Position numbers and translations under genes: made by a program. From Patescibacteria group bacterium (GTDB lineage: Bacteria > Patescibacteriota > Minisyncoccia > Phycocordibacterales > Phycocordibacteraceae), in NCBI GenBank assembly GCA_040388985.1, contig JAZKAU010000001.1, positions 59,359-123,358 of the forward strand: a stretch of DNA of 64,000 nt. Direction: 5' to 3'. This document shows, one piece after another, positions 25,215-33,834 of this stretch. Each line of letters starts with the position of its first letter. Position 1 is the stretch's first letter. The notes beneath the pieces were generated by a model. That model had not been told where the DNA came from and did not search any database. It worked only from the letters and a program-made list of their open reading frames with translations.

Positions 25215-25425
25215 AAGAAAACTCTAAAATACAGCAATCTGAATCGTTGTACCCCTTCGGGTACTTCGATGCGTCGTGCTCCCAGCTAATTTCTTCCACG
25301 TACGCCCCTAGTGACTTACGAGTCATCGAGTTAGACATTAGGTAGTGCCCCTGGGGCGCCCCGCGTACGTTTACAGAAATTACCTGCCCACGCCTTGCAT
25401 CTCACTGCATTTTCTAGCTTTCTAG
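25213..25425 (-). repeat. Structured intergenic repeat, family A (copy 4, expanded)
   Basis: Reverse strand: GATGCAAGGCGTG..TAATTTCT..CGTACGC [extra hairpins] GCGTACG..AGAAATTA..CACGACGCATC. Confidence 0.6.
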
Positions 25426-26462
25426 AGCACTGGCTCACGCCCACGTCTTTTGAAGAAACGTCCTTCGAGCGAGTACTTGTCATACCCGTAGAAGATAAAC
25501 GCTACCGGTATACCGATAAGGACGATGTGCGGCCACACCGCTTCGCCGAAATAGCTGAGCGAGAGCGAGAGCCAGAAGAGCACGAACAGAGCAGTGAAGC
25601 GGATCTCGATACCGAGGATAAAGAACGTACCGATAAGTAATTCGATGATTGCAGCGCCGAGCACCAGGAAATGAGGCTCAAAACCGAAGAAGGCGACGAG
25701 GCTCGGATAAGCGACAGTGACATCGAGCGCAAGGTTATTGTGGATAACTTTCGCGTACAGCGAAGCATAGATGAGCGAGATACCGAAGGCGACGCGCAGG
25801 AAAGCGAAGGTGCAGGGCATGAGCTGCTCCTTCAGACGAAGAAGCGCTCTCGGCAGCCGCCGCGCGTCATAACCTCTATGATGGACCGCTACCGTATGCG
25901 CGCCGAGCACGAGGAGGATAAGCAGCTCGCCCAGGTAATTCGTATAGGTAAGAAGATAGGATCCGTGCTGTGCGGCTTCGATGACAAACAATATGAGCCC
26001 TGCAAGGGCTGCGACACGCGTATACATGCCGATGACGAGCAGGCAGCCGCAGATGGCGAGTATCAGGGCTACCAAGGTAGCATACGGGCCGAAGGTGCCT
26101 GATAGCGGCAACTCCGGGCCGAACAGCGCGGCATTATAGGACGCTGCAAGGAGTGACAATCCTATAGTGACCCGGCTTATGGCGGGTGCATACGGTGGAA
26201 GCTTTGCCAGCCAGGGATCAAGCCAGCTCTCAAGGGTACGCGATATGGAAACGAAGAATACGATGAAAATGACAAGTACCGCTATGAATGCCCAGAAGAC
26301 GAAGAGGTTGATATTGGAAAGCGCGACCTGGATTTCAGAGAAGCTCGGGGTGGCGACAGCGGTCCGCACGACGTCGGGCGGCAGAACATAGACTTCATGA
26401 GCTGAAGCGACCGTTGGAAGAAGACCTCCTGTCGTGGCAAGTGCGAAGGAGAATATGCGCAT
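25422..26462 (-). CDS. DoxX family membrane protein (duplicated domain)
   Basis: AHEVYV N-terminus; two DoxX-like halves; YSLE tail. Confidence 0.8.
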   Translation of the reverse strand: MRIFSFALATTGGLLPTVASAHEVYVLPPDVVRTAVATPSFSEIQVALSNINLFVFWAFIAVLVIFIVFFVSISRTLESWLDPWLAKLPPYAPAISRVTIGLSLLAASYNAALFGPELPLSGTFGPYATLVALILAICGCLLVIGMYTRVAALAGLILFVIEAAQHGSYLLTYTNYLGELLILLVLGAHTVAVHHRGYDARRLPRALLRLKEQLMPCTFAFLRVAFGISLIYASLYAKVIHNNLALDVTVAYPSLVAFFGFEPHFLVLGAAIIELLIGTFFILGIEIRFTALFVLFWLSLSLSYFGEAVWPHIVLIGIPVAFIFYGYDKYSLEGRFFKRRGREPVL

Positions 26463-26502
26463 TACCCGTAAGCGTATCATGCGGATCTGGCTACTTAGAA
26501 AG

Positions 26503-27114
26503 CTATGCGGGCGAAGAGAAGCACGCGCGGCATCTTGCCTGATACATATCCGCATCTCCCACAGCGACTTCTGACTTCTCCTCGGTCAGGCGCTGGGACT
26601 TATGCGCCTCATAGGAGCCGCAGGTCATACAGACCGCTGAGAGCTTCTCGACCGAGTCAGCGAGCGCCAGGATTCCCGGCATGATGCCGAACGGATTCTC
26701 CGCAAAATCGGTATCGAGCCCTGCGATCAGGACACGGAGCGAATCTGCGCGTCTTGCCTGAAGCAAGGCACGTATCTCGCGTCCGAACCACCCGAGCGAA
26801 TCCTGGACCGGCTCATCGAGCGGGAAGAACTGCGCTTCGTCTATGGCAAGCACGTCAAAATCGTTTGCCGCCGTCGCCTCACGGAACTCATCGACCGAGC
26901 CAATGATGCGGGCGGGGAATTTCTCGGTGATGCTCGTCGATCCGTCCGGATGTACCTGTCTTGAAGCTATGAAGGCCTCGGTCCGGGTATCGCGCGCGGG
27001 TTTCAGCACCAGGATGCGCTTGCCGGCATAGGTGGCGCGCTTAAGCTCTGAGATGAGTCGTTCGGTCTTCGCAGAGAACATGGGACCGACATAAGCTTCA
27101 AGGTGCGTGGGCAT
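26503..27114 (-). CDS. tdk: Thymidine kinase
   Basis: GPMFSAKT, IDEAQFF, GLDTDF, two CxxC motifs. Confidence 0.95.
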   Translation of the reverse strand: MPTHLEAYVGPMFSAKTERLISELKRATYAGKRILVLKPARDTRTEAFIASRQVHPDGSTSITEKFPARIIGSVDEFREATAANDFDVLAIDEAQFFPLDEPVQDSLGWFGREIRALLQARRADSLRVLIAGLDTDFAENPFGIMPGILALADSVEKLSAVCMTCGSYEAHKSQRLTEEKSEVAVGDADMYQARCRACFSSPA

Positions 27115-27115
27115 A

Positions 27116-27255
27116 CCCGGTTATGACAACATGGCATTACTGGTATCCGTGCTTACTATGTACTTATCCAGGAGGAAGGAAGGTTCGAATTTCTCTATCT
27201 TTATTGCCATGCGTGAGTACCAGTATAGAGCACGATGCCATGTTGTCATACCGGG
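27116..27255. repeat. Inverted-repeat-bounded element, family B (copy 2)
   Basis: CCCGG(T)TATGACAACATGGCAT ... ATGCCATGTTGTCATACCGGG, plus inner stem TACTGGTA/TACCAGTA. Confidence 0.6.
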
Positions 27256-27294
27256 CATGATGGTACGCACAGTATAAGCGACGGACAGGGAATA

Positions 27295-27326
27295 AGAAAA
27301 GCGCCCGCTTGCGCGGGCGCTTTTCT
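27295..27326 (-). terminator. Intrinsic terminator of csp
   Basis: AGAAAAGCGCCCGC-ttgc-GCGGGCGCTTTTCT. Confidence 0.8.
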
Positions 27327-27341
27327 CAAGCTCAGTCTAGA

Positions 27342-27542
27342 TTAGACCTTGCTAACGTTGATGGCGTTTGGGCCCTTCGGGCTGTCGCCGACCTCGAACG
27401 AGACGGTGTCTCCCTCCTGGAGCTCGTCGAACGAAATGTTCTTGAGTTCGTTGGAATGGAAGAATAGGTCCTTGTCCTGGCCTTCGATCTTGATGAATCC
27501 GAATCCGTTAGGATTCTTCTTCAGTACGATTCCTTGCTGCAT
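27342..27542 (-). CDS. Cold-shock domain protein
   Basis: GFGFI (RNP1), DLFFH (RNP2), KGPNA; likely start MQQG. Confidence 0.93.
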   Translation of the reverse strand: MQQGIVLKKNPNGFGFIKIEGQDKDLFFHSNELKNISFDELQEGDTVSFEVGDSPKGPNAINVSKV

Positions 27543-27698
27543 ATAGTAGAAAGTGTTTCTGCGATTAAGTATCAAGTCAGCGTTTGGGAGAGAAGTTCGA
27601 TCCTTGCTTCTTTGGATCCAAGTTCTGGTTGATAGAGTAAAAATACCATGTCGTACGACTTGAGTCAATGCCAGGTTAGATCTGGGGATAGAATTCGG

Positions 27699-27938
27699 TT
27701 AGGCGGTAGGAACGCGCAGGCGGGCAGGGAGCCAGTCCATGACGCGCTTGCGGTGCTGGTCGAGCGACCATGCGCCGCTACGAACGAAGAGGGAAGCGTG
27801 ATCGCGACGGAATTCTTCGAGCAGAGGAGCAGAGGCACGCGGGAACTGTGAGGGCAGCTCGTCGTTATAACACTCGAGGAATTGAGCTAGAGTGAGGGTC
27901 TTCTCACTACGTATTCGATCAAGGTCAGGAAGCTTCAT
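27699..27938 (-). CDS. Hypothetical protein
   Basis: 79-aa ORF with AT-rich upstream region. Confidence 0.65.
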   Translation of the reverse strand: MKLPDLDRIRSEKTLTLAQFLECYNDELPSQFPRASAPLLEEFRRDHASLFVRSGAWSLDQHRKRVMDWLPARLRVPTA

Positions 27939-27969
27939 TGATATTCATAATACCATAAAGTTGGATGTA

Positions 27970-28004
27970 ATGCAAAAGCGCCCGCTCTGCGGGCGCTTTT
28001 GCAT
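27970..28004 (-). terminator. Intrinsic terminator after the small basic ORF
   Basis: ATGCAAAAGCGCCCGC-tct-GCGGGCGCTTTTGCAT. Confidence 0.8.
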
Positions 28005-28016
28005 CTTGAGCATCGT

Positions 28017-28130
28017 TTACTTCGTGCGCGCAGCTTTAGCTGCGTGCTTGATAGCGAGACGCTTCGCCGTCTTCTTAGGATGACTGCGAACCTTCTTCGA
28101 ACTTACTCCATGCTTGCCTACGTTTGCCAT
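28017..28130 (-). CDS. Small basic protein (37 aa), absent from the ORF track
   Basis: MANVGKHGVSSKKVRSHPKKTAKRLAIKHAAKAARTK*; AT-rich upstream region and its own terminator. Confidence 0.7.
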   Translation of the reverse strand: MANVGKHGVSSKKVRSHPKKTAKRLAIKHAAKAARTK

Positions 28131-28189
28131 ATATCAGTTATATTCGGTTGATAGGCGTACTATACTACGAATACGCAATATGTGCTTCT

Positions 28190-28537
28190 TTATGCTCCAA
28201 CAGGCAATGCATTTGCCGGCATGACCTCTATCCACGCCTGCGGAATACCGAGATGCGGATGTCCTTCGAAGAGCGTAGCTGCCGCGTCCTGCGACTCTGC
28301 TTCTACGAGCGAATACATCATGACGTCATTGGTAGCATCGGTGATGCCTTCTGAAGTGATGCGCTTGTCCTTACCGGCTCCGGCGGTCTCGATGACCTGT
28401 CCTTCGTATTTCTTCATCCACTCCTGCCACTTGCCCTTCATCTTCTCCTCCGCAGCCTTGCGCGTGTCAGGATCAGTCTTCATCCACTCCGCGATTACCG
28501 AAGCAGGGGCCATATAGAGAACCAGAAATTTTTCCAT
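28190..28537 (-). CDS. YCII/DGPF-like protein
   Basis: KFLVLY..W..W..YSLVEAES.DAA..F..HPH..IEV. Confidence 0.7.
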   Translation of the reverse strand: MEKFLVLYMAPASVIAEWMKTDPDTRKAAEEKMKGKWQEWMKKYEGQVIETAGAGKDKRITSEGITDATNDVMMYSLVEAESQDAAATLFEGHPHLGIPQAWIEVMPANALPVGA

Positions 28538-28693
28538 AAGTGAAATCTATATTATCAAACCTTGTATATGAGCAGTATACCTCCGACCGCACCCGGAAGA
28601 TACGCGTAGGCCTTGCACGAATTAGCATAATGTGGCATATTAGGAGCCATAACGGACGGATATAGCGCCCTTTATCTAATTATATTCAGTTCT

Positions 28694-30313
28694 ATGGATA
28701 CTCGCTTCCAAACTCCTTCGACACTCATCTCTCTAGCTGGACTCGCGGTGAGCGCGACCGCCCTGCTCGCACCTATCAGTACGCTAGCCGCAGCTCCCTC
28801 CTGCACGCTTACAGCGACTCCTACGAGCACGGCTGTAGGCAGCCAGGTCAGTCTCAGCTGGACATCGACGGGCGCGAGCTACGCTTCGTGGATCCAGAAC
28901 AAGGCTGCAGCTATTCTCGGTCTTTCAGGTGACGGAGAAGGTTCGAAAGGATCAGAGACGTACATCCTCGGGAACACGACCGGTACGATCGCGCCGTCCC
29001 TCCAGGTCTCCCAGACAGGTCTAGACCTCGCTAGGATCTCTACAGTGAACCTGCCCTCATTCACTAACGCCATCGGCCTCGTCGTCCTAGGGAAGTACGC
29101 ATACGTTGTCGATGCTGGAGCCGGACACCAGTTGGACATACTCGATATATCGAAGCCTGCCGCGCCGGTGATCGTCGGCACGCTGAGCGATCTCACGAAT
29201 CTGAACGGCGCATTCTACCTCAAGATCGTAGGCAATTATGCCTACATCACGGCCACCGGAAGTAATCGGCTTACGATTGTCGACATTAGCAAGCCGACGG
29301 CGCCTAAGGTAGTGGGTTCCGTGAATGATGCCCGGTTGAACAGTCCGCGCGGACTGTTCATTTCCGGCAAGTATGCCTATGTAGTAGGGAATACGAACGC
29401 ATCTTTCAGCGTTATTGATATCTCGAATCCAGCATTGCCAAAAATTGTGAGCTTTATAACAGACGCAGTGAAACTTTCGGGAGGAGACGCGGTGGACGTA
29501 GACGGGCGCTACGCGTATGTCGCAGCAGGCGGAAGCAACTCGCTTACCGTGATCGATATACTCAATCCTGCGGCACCAGTGATCGTCGGAAGCATCACGG
29601 ATACTGCGCGCATGAGTAATCCTAAGGAATTGGTGGTGGAGGATGGCTATGCCTACGTCACCGCTCTCGGCAGCAATGATCTGATCATCGTTAACATCGC
29701 GAATCCGAAAGCGCCGGTCATAGTCAGCACCGTATCGGATGCGGTACAGCTCGGTGGCCCGAAGAATCTGGCGATTCGCGACGGCGTGGCCTACGTTACT
29801 GCCAACAGCGGCCGGAGTCTCACTATCGTGAATATAAGCGACCCGAAAGCGCCTGCTATCGTAACCACGCTCAGGGATACGACGAATCTGTCTGACCCGC
29901 GCGGCGTAGCGATCTCGGGAGGGAATATCTATGTAGCATCCGGAAGCAAGTTCAACGCATTCGCTACATCCGAGACGCTCGCTACGGCTCAGTGCTCGAC
30001 CACCATCACGGTATCGGGAGGCAGCCCTGCGCCTTCGGCTTCTGTCGACTCGGCGAAGACGGCTGCTGCAGGGAACGCGACTTCGGCTTCCATAGGCGGC
30101 TCGGCGAGCGGCGTGAGCGCGCTTACCGTGATCGTATATCCTTCTGATGACTATGATACGATCGTCTATCGCAATAACGCGGTTCCGGTGACTAGCGGAC
30201 ATTGGTCCCTCACGCTCCCCTTGAAGAAGGGAAGCTACATGATAGAAGTGCATGTCGCATCCACTACTCCTTCAGGAGGCACCTATCTCACGAGCAGCAC
30301 CACCTCTCTTTAG
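28694..30313 (+). CDS. Secreted LVIVD-repeat beta-propeller protein with Ig-like domains (paralog 1)
   Basis: Signal peptide; about seven G.YAYV..L.I.DIS.P..P.IV repeats. Confidence 0.88.
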   Translation: MDTRFQTPSTLISLAGLAVSATALLAPISTLAAAPSCTLTATPTSTAVGSQVSLSWTSTGASYASWIQNKAAAILGLSGDGEGSKGSETYILGNTTGTIAPSLQVSQTGLDLARISTVNLPSFTNAIGLVVLGKYAYVVDAGAGHQLDILDISKPAAPVIVGTLSDLTNLNGAFYLKIVGNYAYITATGSNRLTIVDISKPTAPKVVGSVNDARLNSPRGLFISGKYAYVVGNTNASFSVIDISNPALPKIVSFITDAVKLSGGDAVDVDGRYAYVAAGGSNSLTVIDILNPAAPVIVGSITDTARMSNPKELVVEDGYAYVTALGSNDLIIVNIANPKAPVIVSTVSDAVQLGGPKNLAIRDGVAYVTANSGRSLTIVNISDPKAPAIVTTLRDTTNLSDPRGVAISGGNIYVASGSKFNAFATSETLATAQCSTTITVSGGSPAPSASVDSAKTAAAGNATSASIGGSASGVSALTVIVYPSDDYDTIVYRNNAVPVTSGHWSLTLPLKKGSYMIEVHVASTTPSGGTYLTSSTTSL

Positions 30314-30335
30314 CCCCTTCTGTGGGGCAGGACTC

Positions 30336-32120
30336 TTACTCCGCACTCGTCGCCACGAACTGAGCCCACGCTTCCTGGAACGTCGCGTTCCTTTCGAGCA
30401 AGTCATTAAATGTGCCCATATCCACTATCCGACCTTTCTCGAACATATAGATACGGTCGAAGAACTTGAGAAGATTCATTTTATGTATGGAGGCGATGAC
30501 TGTTTTGCCCGCGAACGCCTCCCAGATATTGCCGTATATCTCCGTCTCGTTCTCGGAATCCACTGAACTCGTAGACTCGTCGAGCAGGATCATTTCTTTA
30601 TCCTTGGAGAAGAGAAGCGCACGCGAAAGCGCGAGGCGCTGCTTCTGACCGCCTGAAAGATTCACGCCTTTCTCGTTTATGACCGACTCGAGGCCTTTCG
30701 GAAGACCCTGTACTACTTCTTCGAAGTTCGCGACACGCATGGCATGCAGCACATCTTCTTCGGAGTAGTCGGTACCGAGCGTGATGTTCTCCCGGATGGT
30801 GGACGAGAATATCTCCGGTTCCTGCGGAACCAGCATGGTCTTGAGATCGATGTCAGCGAAAGAAGTCGAGAAACTTGCACCATCGTCGAACGACAGCGAT
30901 GACTCTGCGGTCGGGTAGAGGCCGTGCAAGACTTTCAAGAAGGTCGTCTTTCCCGAACCCGACTCCCCGATGACAGCGACGCGCTCTCCCTGCGCTATGG
31001 AAAGGCTGATAGCGTCAAGATTCGGTATATTACCCACGCCTTCATACGCGAAAGTCAGGTCGCTAATAGTGAATGTCTTCCACGTTGTAACGGGCACATG
31101 CCGCAGTGTGCCTCGCACTGAGAATGCGTCTTCAATCGATTTCGCATTCAAAACGCGATTCTTGTAGATGGCAAGATCCTCGTAGAAGCCGGTGAAGCCG
31201 AAGTAGACGTAGATCAGACTCGATAGATACAAGTACAGGGTAGATAGGGTACCTGCATCCACGTATCTGCCCGAAGCGAGCGCGAAATATACATAGAAGG
31301 CGAGTGGGACGACGGCGATTCCTTGGAAGAAGACCGAGCCAACGAACCATTTAGCTTCACCGAGCTTCGAATTCGCGTGATAGAGGTCGTGCGGAGCCGT
31401 AAAGCGTGAGATGATGCCGTTCAGGATAGGCGTCTCGATATGGAGTATCTTTACGCTCGTCACGTTCGAGAGCGCATCGAAGACACTCGCCATCGCCTTA
31501 TTGCTGTACTCGTTGAGCCTGCGGTATTGCGGGACCAGATACCGGTCGAACTGGAATATGGCGATGAAGGAGATGAGCACGACGATGAAGACGCATACGG
31601 CTATGGCGGGAGAGAACCAGAACAACACTATCGAGGTACCGACCAGCTTCACGATGAGCTGATTTACTTGGAAGATATTCTGACCGAAGCGCGAGATGCT
31701 GTCTCCGGCCTTATTCACCTTGTCTATCGTGTCGCCCGAGTCATGCTCGCCGTGCCAGGTAAGGCCAAGCTCGAGCACGCCGTCGAGCAAATACCTGCGA
31801 TAGTTGATCTCGGTCCAGAACGCTACCCACCGCTCCAGCACGCGCGCAGGGCCGTGGAATGCCCAGTAGGCGATATCGGTGCCAAACAGTAAGGCAAGCA
31901 GGAGCATCAAGTAGCGGAAGTTATCAGCTATGATCCCATCTACCTGTATCTCACGGATGAACGCGCCGAATATGACCGGCGGGAGCAGGTTGATGAGGTT
32001 GGCGGCCAGGAACATGGCCGTATACAGGAGAATGCGTCCGCGCATTCCCTTAGAGAATTTCCAGTATTTCCGAATCAAGAATATGGTCGGCTCTTGCGAC
32101 AAAGATGGAACGAGTTTCAT
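30336..32120 (-). CDS. ABC exporter, fused permease/ATP-binding protein
   Basis: TM domain followed by GESGSGKT, LSGGQKQR, LLDE. Confidence 0.93.
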   Translation of the reverse strand: MKLVPSLSQEPTIFLIRKYWKFSKGMRGRILLYTAMFLAANLINLLPPVIFGAFIREIQVDGIIADNFRYLMLLLALLFGTDIAYWAFHGPARVLERWVAFWTEINYRRYLLDGVLELGLTWHGEHDSGDTIDKVNKAGDSISRFGQNIFQVNQLIVKLVGTSIVLFWFSPAIAVCVFIVVLISFIAIFQFDRYLVPQYRRLNEYSNKAMASVFDALSNVTSVKILHIETPILNGIISRFTAPHDLYHANSKLGEAKWFVGSVFFQGIAVVPLAFYVYFALASGRYVDAGTLSTLYLYLSSLIYVYFGFTGFYEDLAIYKNRVLNAKSIEDAFSVRGTLRHVPVTTWKTFTISDLTFAYEGVGNIPNLDAISLSIAQGERVAVIGESGSGKTTFLKVLHGLYPTAESSLSFDDGASFSTSFADIDLKTMLVPQEPEIFSSTIRENITLGTDYSEEDVLHAMRVANFEEVVQGLPKGLESVINEKGVNLSGGQKQRLALSRALLFSKDKEMILLDESTSSVDSENETEIYGNIWEAFAGKTVIASIHKMNLLKFFDRIYMFEKGRIVDMGTFNDLLERNATFQEAWAQFVATSAE

Positions 32121-32171
32121 ACCTAATTCTGAAGATTATAGCAGGGTCTGCTGACGAGTTATACTTCACCT

Positions 32172-32819
32172 ATGACCGTGGAGAAGACCATATATTTCGT
32201 CCGGCACGGACAAAGCGAAGCCAACATAGCTGTTGGAGTTTCCCAACCTCTCGACTCGCCGCTTACACCTAAAGGCAAGGAACAGGCCGGACAAGTCGCT
32301 GAACGTGTAGGGCTTATAGCCTTCGACCTTCTTGTCTGCAGCACGCTTATTCGTGCGAAGCAGACATGCGAAGCCATTACCACACGTACCGGAAAGGAGC
32401 CTGTCTACTCTGAACTTTTTGTCGAGCGAAGAGAACCCGCAGAGCTTGCGGGAAAGTCGCGTGATGATACTGAAACATCAGAGTTGTGGGAAGCATGGAA
32501 CGAGAACCTTTATACTCCAGGATCTCGAGTAAGTAATGGAGAGAATTTTGATGACTTTATGGAGCGTGCAGACGCAGCCCTGGAGTACCTACAAGGGAGG
32601 GAGGAAGAAACGATACTCGTTGTCACGCACGGCCGGTTCTTGCGAGCCCTACTTGCTCGCGTCCTGCTCGGTCCTACCATTACAGGAGAATCTTTTCGCA
32701 GCTTTCAATCCAATATCGAAACGCAAAATACCGGCTTGTCAGTATTGAAATATGGTCAGCATCGAGGAGCCGTGGGCTGGTACGTATGGATATATAACGA
32801 TCACGCCCATCTGGGTTAG
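32172..32819 (+). CDS. Histidine phosphatase family protein
   Basis: RHGQS, VVTHG, NDHAHL. Confidence 0.92.
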   Translation: MTVEKTIYFVRHGQSEANIAVGVSQPLDSPLTPKGKEQAGQVAERVGLIAFDLLVCSTLIRAKQTCEAITTRTGKEPVYSELFVERREPAELAGKSRDDTETSELWEAWNENLYTPGSRVSNGENFDDFMERADAALEYLQGREEETILVVTHGRFLRALLARVLLGPTITGESFRSFQSNIETQNTGLSVLKYGQHRGAVGWYVWIYNDHAHLG

Positions 32820-32834
32820 GACCTCGACTCACCT

Positions 32835-33452
32835 ATGCTGAAAATCTACATCGCACGGCACGGACAGAACGAGGATAATGCGAACGGCATCCTCAACGGA
32901 CATCGCGACCTGCCACTCACCGAGCTCGGGCGAGAGCAGGCACGGCAACTTGCAGATGGCATCCAGGAAGCGGGATATGCCTTCGATGCTGTCTATGCTT
33001 CGCCGCTATCGCGCGCATACGACACCGCGCAGATCGTATGCGATACGCTCGGTATGGCTGATCCGATTATTCTTGATTCGGCCATAGAACGCGATTTCGG
33101 TGTCATGACCGGTGAGTTGGTCAGCGATATCGAGCGTCTATGTACGCCCGATATCCTGAAAACCGATCCCATCATCTATTTCCTGACGCCCGCAGGAGGC
33201 GAAACGTTCCCGATGGTCTTGGAAAGGGCTGGCGAGGCACTTGAACAGCTTAAAGCTGACCATCCGGAGGGTTCCGTGCTGCTGGTGACCCATGGCGACT
33301 TCGGAAAGATGATGTACGCAGCCTTCTATGATATTCCCTGGATGGACATGCTTACCAAATTTCACTTCGGCAACTGCGAACTGCTGCTTCTCTCAGAGGA
33401 TGTACATCCTGACGAATCTCACGTCTTAAAGATTGAACAGCATAATCATTAA
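32835..33452 (+). CDS. Histidine phosphatase family protein
   Basis: RHGQN, SPLSRA, ERDFG, LVTHG. Confidence 0.92.
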   Translation: MLKIYIARHGQNEDNANGILNGHRDLPLTELGREQARQLADGIQEAGYAFDAVYASPLSRAYDTAQIVCDTLGMADPIILDSAIERDFGVMTGELVSDIERLCTPDILKTDPIIYFLTPAGGETFPMVLERAGEALEQLKADHPEGSVLLVTHGDFGKMMYAAFYDIPWMDMLTKFHFGNCELLLLSEDVHPDESHVLKIEQHNH

Positions 33453-33614
33453 AGCTTTTTGTGAGTACAGAGCTCCTGGAAAGGTTTTCTGCTGCCTTAT
33501 TTTCTGCTGCCTTAATTGTATTGAAAAAACGAAAAGCTGGGTCATAACCTTTTATCCCCAGAATTTTTAGAGAGAGAAGAGGTATGATAGAACTCTGTTC
33601 GTTCAAAAGACTCG

Positions 33615-33732
33615 GGAGCAGCTTGCAAGTGAAGTCCGGTGAAAAGCCGGCACTGTCGCGCAACGGTGATCCGCATCGAGCGATGCGGAAAGTCCGATCC
33701 TCGCAAGACTGAGACACGCCGTCTCCTGCTCC
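33615..33732 (+). promoter_or_regulatory. Cobalamin riboswitch upstream of nrdA
   Basis: AAGTCCGGTGAAAAGCCGGCACTGTCGCGCAACGGTGA...AAGTCCGA B12-element core, closed by GGAGCAG/CTGCTCC. Confidence 0.85.
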
Positions 33733-33777
33733 AGGCCCGCGCCAAGTATTTTTTCATGCTCCAAACAATCGGAAGCG

Positions 33778-33812
33778 ATGAAAAGACCGGCGCCAGGCGC
33801 CGGTCTTTTCAT
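33778..33812 (+). terminator. Leader hairpin/terminator (probable riboswitch expression platform)
   Basis: ATGAAAAGACCGGCGCC-a-GGCGCCGGTCTTTTCAT just before the nrdA start. Confidence 0.65.
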
Positions 33813-33834
33813 TATCACTTCATCACCCTGCCTC

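Noticed and set aside
29000-29950. Repeats in the LVIVD paralogs as a diversity-generating retroelement TR/VR pair
   Set aside because: No reverse transcriptase in the window, and the differences are not adenine-specific.
32172-33452. Tandem histidine phosphatases as cobC linked to the B12 riboswitch
   Set aside because: They lie upstream of the riboswitch and so are not under its control; the family is too broad to assign a substrate.
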